A stretch of DNA of 64,000 bases, taken from the sequence record SRR22947725_330, one strand, 5' to 3'. Position 1 is the stretch's first letter, and every line of letters begins with the position of its first letter. The position numbers and the translations under genes were made by a program. Below, piece after piece: positions 59,695 through 64,000 of the stretch. Under the pieces are notes generated by a model. The model saw only the letters and a program-made list of their open reading frames with translations, was not told the DNA's origin and made no database searches.

Positions 59695-61038
59695 TCAGCT
59701 TTCGAAGGGCATATCAGTGATGGCATCCATGATTGAGCCCTGATCGGGGGTAGCCCCGGATTGCAGCTTGTAGCGCAACGCGATTGCGAAGCTGACCATT
59801 GCTGCAATCGACGAGGCGAGCAGGCCGATCTCGATCCGGCGGAAGACTTCCTCGCCCCCCAAATAGGTCGCCACGACGAAGGTGGCCGCTCCGATGCCCC
59901 AACCCAGCGCGACCAATGCGTGACCCTTGAGTGCAATGACCGCCTGCGCAGTCGCCAACGCCAACATGTAGCACGCGCTGGAAAACGCGAGGAGCGCCAG
60001 GGTCCGCCCGGACAATTCAGCGTCATAGACGATCTCGATCACCCATGGGCCGAGCAGGAACGCTCCTGACGTGCCGACCACGCCGACGACCAGTACGACG
60101 TACATCAGTTTCTTCAGCCCAGATCGGAACTCATCGAGTTCGCCGCGAGCGGCAAGTCGGCTCAGACGCGGGAGCAGCGCGGCCTGGACGGCTTGGAACA
60201 GGAAGAGCGGAATACGCGCGAGCAGCACGCCGTAGCTGAATTGCGTGACCAGCGCAGCCTGATCGTCGTCAGCGAGCAGACTGGCGGCAATCGGGCCGGC
60301 GTTGAGGAGGGATGCGGCAAAAATGGAGCCGAGCAGCAGCCACCCCAGGTTGGGGGTGACTTCGATCCAGGATGCGGGTGGACCGTCCTCAGTGTGTAAT
60401 CCGCCGCGGATGTAGACGTAGCCGACAGCAAACAATGGCGAGACGGCAACAGCCAGCCCGTAAGCGCCGGCTGCGGTGACCCCGACAACGGCCAGTGCAA
60501 TACAGAGCACGATCCGCACAACGCCGTCCGAGGCCAAGATGATGCCGTACTGGCGGAAGCGACCGCTGCCCGAGCAGATGCCGCGAGCGAGGTGCGCTGG
60601 GGCGTATGCAGAGAACGCCAGCACGAGAGCCAGGACCATGAACATGTTGCCGTCAAACAGGCTGTCGGCAAGGAGTTGGCTCGCTGCGGCAATAACGAGC
60701 ACCACCAGTGCGGTGAGTCCGGCGCCGAGCAGGACGATCTTGCGCACGACGGGTCGTGTGCCTTGACCGATTGCGCGGCGGTGGGCCAACGCCCGACCGA
60801 GTTCCTGCTCGAGGGGCAGAAAGAAGCCGGGCGCGAGGGCGAAGGTGGTGAACCACAGGGAGGTGATCGGCTCGAATTCCTCATCGCCGCCAACTGCAGC
60901 GACACCAACTTTGAAGAAGGCGTACGTTGCAAAGCCCGCGATGAGGAGGGCAATGCCAACGGGAATCGTGCCTTCGGGTAGCGGGATTCGGTCGCGAGGG
61001 GCCGTCGGCGGCGCGTTGGCGGAGTCTGAGGGGGTCAT
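59695..61038 (-). CDS. Polysaccharide flippase/Wzx-like membrane protein
   Basis: About 12 TMs, PLEQELGR, location in the glycan cluster. Confidence 0.7.
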   Translation of the reverse strand: MTPSDSANAPPTAPRDRIPLPEGTIPVGIALLIAGFATYAFFKVGVAAVGGDEEFEPITSLWFTTFALAPGFFLPLEQELGRALAHRRAIGQGTRPVVRKIVLLGAGLTALVVLVIAAASQLLADSLFDGNMFMVLALVLAFSAYAPAHLARGICSGSGRFRQYGIILASDGVVRIVLCIALAVVGVTAAGAYGLAVAVSPLFAVGYVYIRGGLHTEDGPPASWIEVTPNLGWLLLGSIFAASLLNAGPIAASLLADDDQAALVTQFSYGVLLARIPLFLFQAVQAALLPRLSRLAARGELDEFRSGLKKLMYVVLVVGVVGTSGAFLLGPWVIEIVYDAELSGRTLALLAFSSACYMLALATAQAVIALKGHALVALGWGIGAATFVVATYLGGEEVFRRIEIGLLASSIAAMVSFAIALRYKLQSGATPDQGSIMDAITDMPFES

Positions 61039-61056
61039 GAACGACGAGGTGGGCAG

Positions 61057-61260
61057 TCAGCTACGCAGCGCGCGTTCGATTTCTCGTCGTTGCACCTGCG
61101 CGCGCTGGAACGCGAGTAATCCGAGTCCAACGCCGACATAGGTCGCATCTTTGGCGACGTCGGCAGCTCGCTGAGCAACGGAGTTCGACACGCTGCGAGC
61201 GCGACGGGCAGCGGGAGCGACGTCGAAGTTGGTCAGGTCGACCGAGTGCCAGGGCGTCAT
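61057..61260 (-). CDS. Small hypothetical protein
   Basis: Fills the intergenic gap; motif YVGVGLGLLAFQRAQVQRRE. Confidence 0.55.
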   Translation of the reverse strand: MTPWHSVDLTNFDVAPAARRARSVSNSVAQRAADVAKDATYVGVGLGLLAFQRAQVQRREIERALRS

Positions 61261-61333
61261 GTGACAGAGGCTACCCCGCCGCTCCCGGGCATGACCCTGG
61301 CACGGCAGAGAGCGCAGCTAGCCTCGCTCCATC

Positions 61334-64000
61334 GTGGAACTGGAAACTCAACAGGCGCCGCCCGTCGTCGCGGTCGTCGTCGTGCATGAACCGGGGGAGT
61401 GGTTCGACGAGACGATCGACGCGCTCGCTGATCAGGACTACCCCAATCTTCGGTTTCTCTTCCTGACGTCGGACGCAGACGAAGAGTTGCAGACGCGGAT
61501 CAAGATGCGGATGCCAAAGGCATTCGTGCGCACCGTCGGCGCTCATCTGGGGTTTGGAGCGACCGCCAATGAAGTGCTGCGGCTCGTCGAAGGCGACAAG
61601 GGATTTTTCCTGTTCTGTCACGATGACGTCGCTCCAGAACCCGACGCAGTTCGCTTGCTCGTCGAAGAGATTTATCGCTCGAATGCCGGCATGGTGGGGC
61701 CCAAGATCGTGGAATGGGACGACCCTGGAGTGCTCCAGACGGTCGGGCTTGGCGTCGATCGCTTTGGGGAAATCGACGTGGGTGTCGAAGTTGGCGAGAT
61801 GGACCAGGAGCAGCACGACGGTGTTCGCGACGTGTTTGCGCTGCCTTCGGCGTTCCTGCTCGCGCGTGCCGACCTGTTCCGTGAAATCGGTGGCTTCGAT
61901 CCGTCGATCTCGTTCTATGGAGACGACATCGACTTGTGCTGGCGCCTTCATCACAGCGGCGCCCGCGTCATCGTGGTGCCAACCGCTCGTGTGCGCCACC
62001 GCAGTGAGCTGGCCAAGCGGCGACCCGATCTGCACCACGGCATGCTCAAGGCCAAGCACCGCATGCGAACTGTCGCGACATTGACCGGGCCGACGCGGCT
62101 GCCTGGTCGAACCCTGGAGTTGGTGTTGCTCACGCTCGCCGAGTTGGTGGGTGGGATCTTCACCGGACGCCTCAGAGAAGCGTGGGCGTCCTTGCGTGCG
62201 CTGGTCGGTTTGCTGCCCCGCTCAATGTCACTCCTGGCTCGTCGCCGTGCAGTCAAGCCATTGCGCCGAGTTCCCGAACGTGAAGTGCTCGGTCTGCAGA
62301 TTCGCGGCAGTGCTCGGCTCACTGGATTTCTTCGCACCCGCGAGACCGCAACGTTCGTTGGTGCAGATTCGAGCATCCGACGGTGGAAGGACAGCACCAC
62401 CGCACCGGTGCTGGCATGGATCGGTGTACTTGTGGCGATTCTGATCGGGAGCAGGCAGTTCATCTCGAGCGGGGTTCCCGCCGTCGGGGAGTTTCTGTCG
62501 ATGCCCGAGAGTCCGCGTGTTCTGCTGTCGTCGTATACCTCCGCCTGGAACGGCAATGGGTTCGGAGCAACTTCACCCAATCCGACCGGATGGGCCACGC
62601 TCTCCGGCTTGTCGGTGTTCACCCTGTTCCGGATGGGTGCCCTGCACACCGGGTTCATTATCGGTCTGGTGATCGTCGGACTCATCGGCGTCTGGAAGCT
62701 CGCCACCGTGTTCCCATCGGTCCGAGCAAGAATCGCTGCGCTGGTCGTCTACGCAGCCAGTCCGCTCGTTGTCGGGGCAATGTCGACCGGTCGACTGACG
62801 GTGCTCATCGCCTTTGCTTCGGCGCCCTGGATCGTGCACACGATCCGTCGGGCGGTCGGGGTCGAGACAGCCGACCCGCGCAGTGCCGCACTTGACCTGG
62901 CCGACGGTGTCGTTGCGCTTTCCTGGCCAGAACGCACCCGTCGGACGGCCGGCGCGGCGCTTGTCATCGGACTCGCCGCAGCGTTTGCCCCGGTGATGGT
63001 GTTTGTGGCGCTCGCGATTGCCATCGTGCTCGGAGCGGCGACGCTGCTGGCGCTCGCCCCATGGCGGACCGCGCTGCTCTACGTTGGCGTCGGCATCGCA
63101 GCGTCCATCGGTGGGCTCCTCCTGAACTTTCCCTGGTTTCCCTCCTGGTCCTGGGAGCAACTCGTCGGTCCGCCACCGATTGGCGACCCCGGTGTCGGTC
63201 TCGCCGACCTGGCGTCGTTCCAGATCGGGATTGCCGACTTCGCGTACCTTTCGTTGGCGTTGTACCTGCCCGTCATTGCTGCAATCGCGCTCGGACGCGC
63301 TTGGCGCCTGACGTGGGCGGTTCGCTCCGGATTGCTGGTTGTGGTCTTCGGCGCGGCGGCGATATTGGCCGACAGCGGATCGCTGCCGTTCAACGGACCG
63401 GAGGCTGGCGTGCTGCTCGCTCCGGTGGCGGTGGGACTCGCAATCTCGTCGGCTGCAGCGTTGGCGGCATTCGACCTGGACGTCCGCGGTGGTTCGTTCG
63501 GGTGGCGTCAACCGCTCGGCCTACTCGCAAGCGTCGGCGTCGTCATCGGAGTGTTTCCTGGTGTCGTTGCGTTGGGTGATGGGGCATGGAACACCCCGAC
63601 GACACCGCTCTCGGTGCTGATTGAGGCGCAACTGCCCGACGACGCTCAGGATCGCGTGCTCGAAGAGAGCAATGAGAATGGACCGCTGATCGATCCCGGT
63701 GTTGGTGGTTACAACGTGTTGCTGGTCGGCGATGCGAGGCTGCTGCCGGTTCCCGCAGTCGAGTACCGCGATGGGGTCTCGTACGCGGTGATTGGCGACA
63801 GGCCACTCGACATCAGAGATCGTTGGGCTGCACCTGACAGCGATGCGGCCGATGCGGTTGAGATGGCCCTCGACCAAATGGCAAGTTCTTCCACGTTGCG
63901 AGCCGGGCGACTCCTCGCCCCGCTTGGAATTCGTTTTATCGTGGTGCCGGAGTTCGACAACGTCGAGTCGACGACTGCCGCACCGCTGCCGCTGCCTGGT
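61334..64000 (+). CDS. Large GT2 glycosyltransferase with multi-TM C-terminal region, 3'-partial (absent from ORF track)
   Basis: GTG 61334 VELETQQAPPVVAVVVVH..., CHDDV and DDIDLCWR motifs. The frame appears open to the window end (spot-checked). Confidence 0.88.
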   Translation, partial: MELETQQAPPVVAVVVVHEPGEWFDETIDALADQDYPNLRFLFLTSDADEELQTRIKMRMPKAFVRTVGAHLGFGATANEVLRLVEGDKGFFLFCHDDVAPEPDAVRLLVEEIYRSNAGMVGPKIVEWDDPGVLQTVGLGVDRFGEIDVGVEVGEMDQEQHDGVRDVFALPSAFLLARADLFREIGGFDPSISFYGDDIDLCWRLHHSGARVIVVPTARVRHRSELAKRRPDLHHGMLKAKHRMRTVATLTGPTRLPGRTLELVLLTLAELVGGIFTGRLREAWASLRALVGLLPRSMSLLARRRAVKPLRRVPEREVLGLQIRGSARLTGFLRTRETATFVGADSSIRRWKDSTTAPVLAWIGVLVAILIGSRQFISSGVPAVGEFLSMPESPRVLLSSYTSAWNGNGFGATSPNPTGWATLSGLSVFTLFRMGALHTGFIIGLVIVGLIGVWKLATVFPSVRARIAALVVYAASPLVVGAMSTGRLTVLIAFASAPWIVHTIRRAVGVETADPRSAALDLADGVVALSWPERTRRTAGAALVIGLAAAFAPVMVFVALAIAIVLGAATLLALAPWRTALLYVGVGIAASIGGLLLNFPWFPSWSWEQLVGPPPIGDPGVGLADLASFQIGIADFAYLSLALYLPVIAAIALGRAWRLTWAVRSGLLVVVFGAAAILADSGSLPFNGPEAGVLLAPVAVGLAISSAAALAAFDLDVRGGSFGWRQPLGLLASVGVVIGVFPGVVALGDGAWNTPTTPLSVLIEAQLPDDAQDRVLEESNENGPLIDPGVGGYNVLLVGDARLLPVPAVEYRDGVSYAVIGDRPLDIRDRWAAPDSDAADAVEMALDQMASSSTLRAGRLLAPLGIRFIVVPEFDNVESTTAAPLPLPG

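Overview
GC-rich (roughly 60-65% by eye) core chromosomal segment of an actinobacterium. Acidimicrobiia/Ilumatobacter-like is my inference from gene content: cofD, actinobacterial dapD, lpdA, accA3-birA, LCP-rmlD-manC synteny, DUF3039/DUF4031/DUF3048. It holds about 60 genes for transport, housekeeping and sulfur/carbon metabolism, plus a cell-envelope glycan cluster from about 46 kb to the end. I found no rRNA, tRNA, CRISPR array or transposase. The best finding is a hidden selenoprotein candidate: an ArsC-family reductase (7046-7399) whose catalytic Cys12 codon is TGA, followed by a bacterial SECIS-like hairpin and apparently co-transcribed with a heterodimeric ABC exporter. Other findings: an unannotated 42-aa membrane peptide; an SD-sequestering 5' leader before a JAB/RadC-like orphan; an IscR/CymR-type operator and a 54-bp palindrome before moeZ; a catalytically degenerate SDR; a MacB-like/M15 peptidase fusion; three damaged genes (thioesterase, AT3-SGNH acyltransferase, LigD-Pol); and widespread leaderless promoters. 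All calls come from motif recognition by eye; no searches were run.
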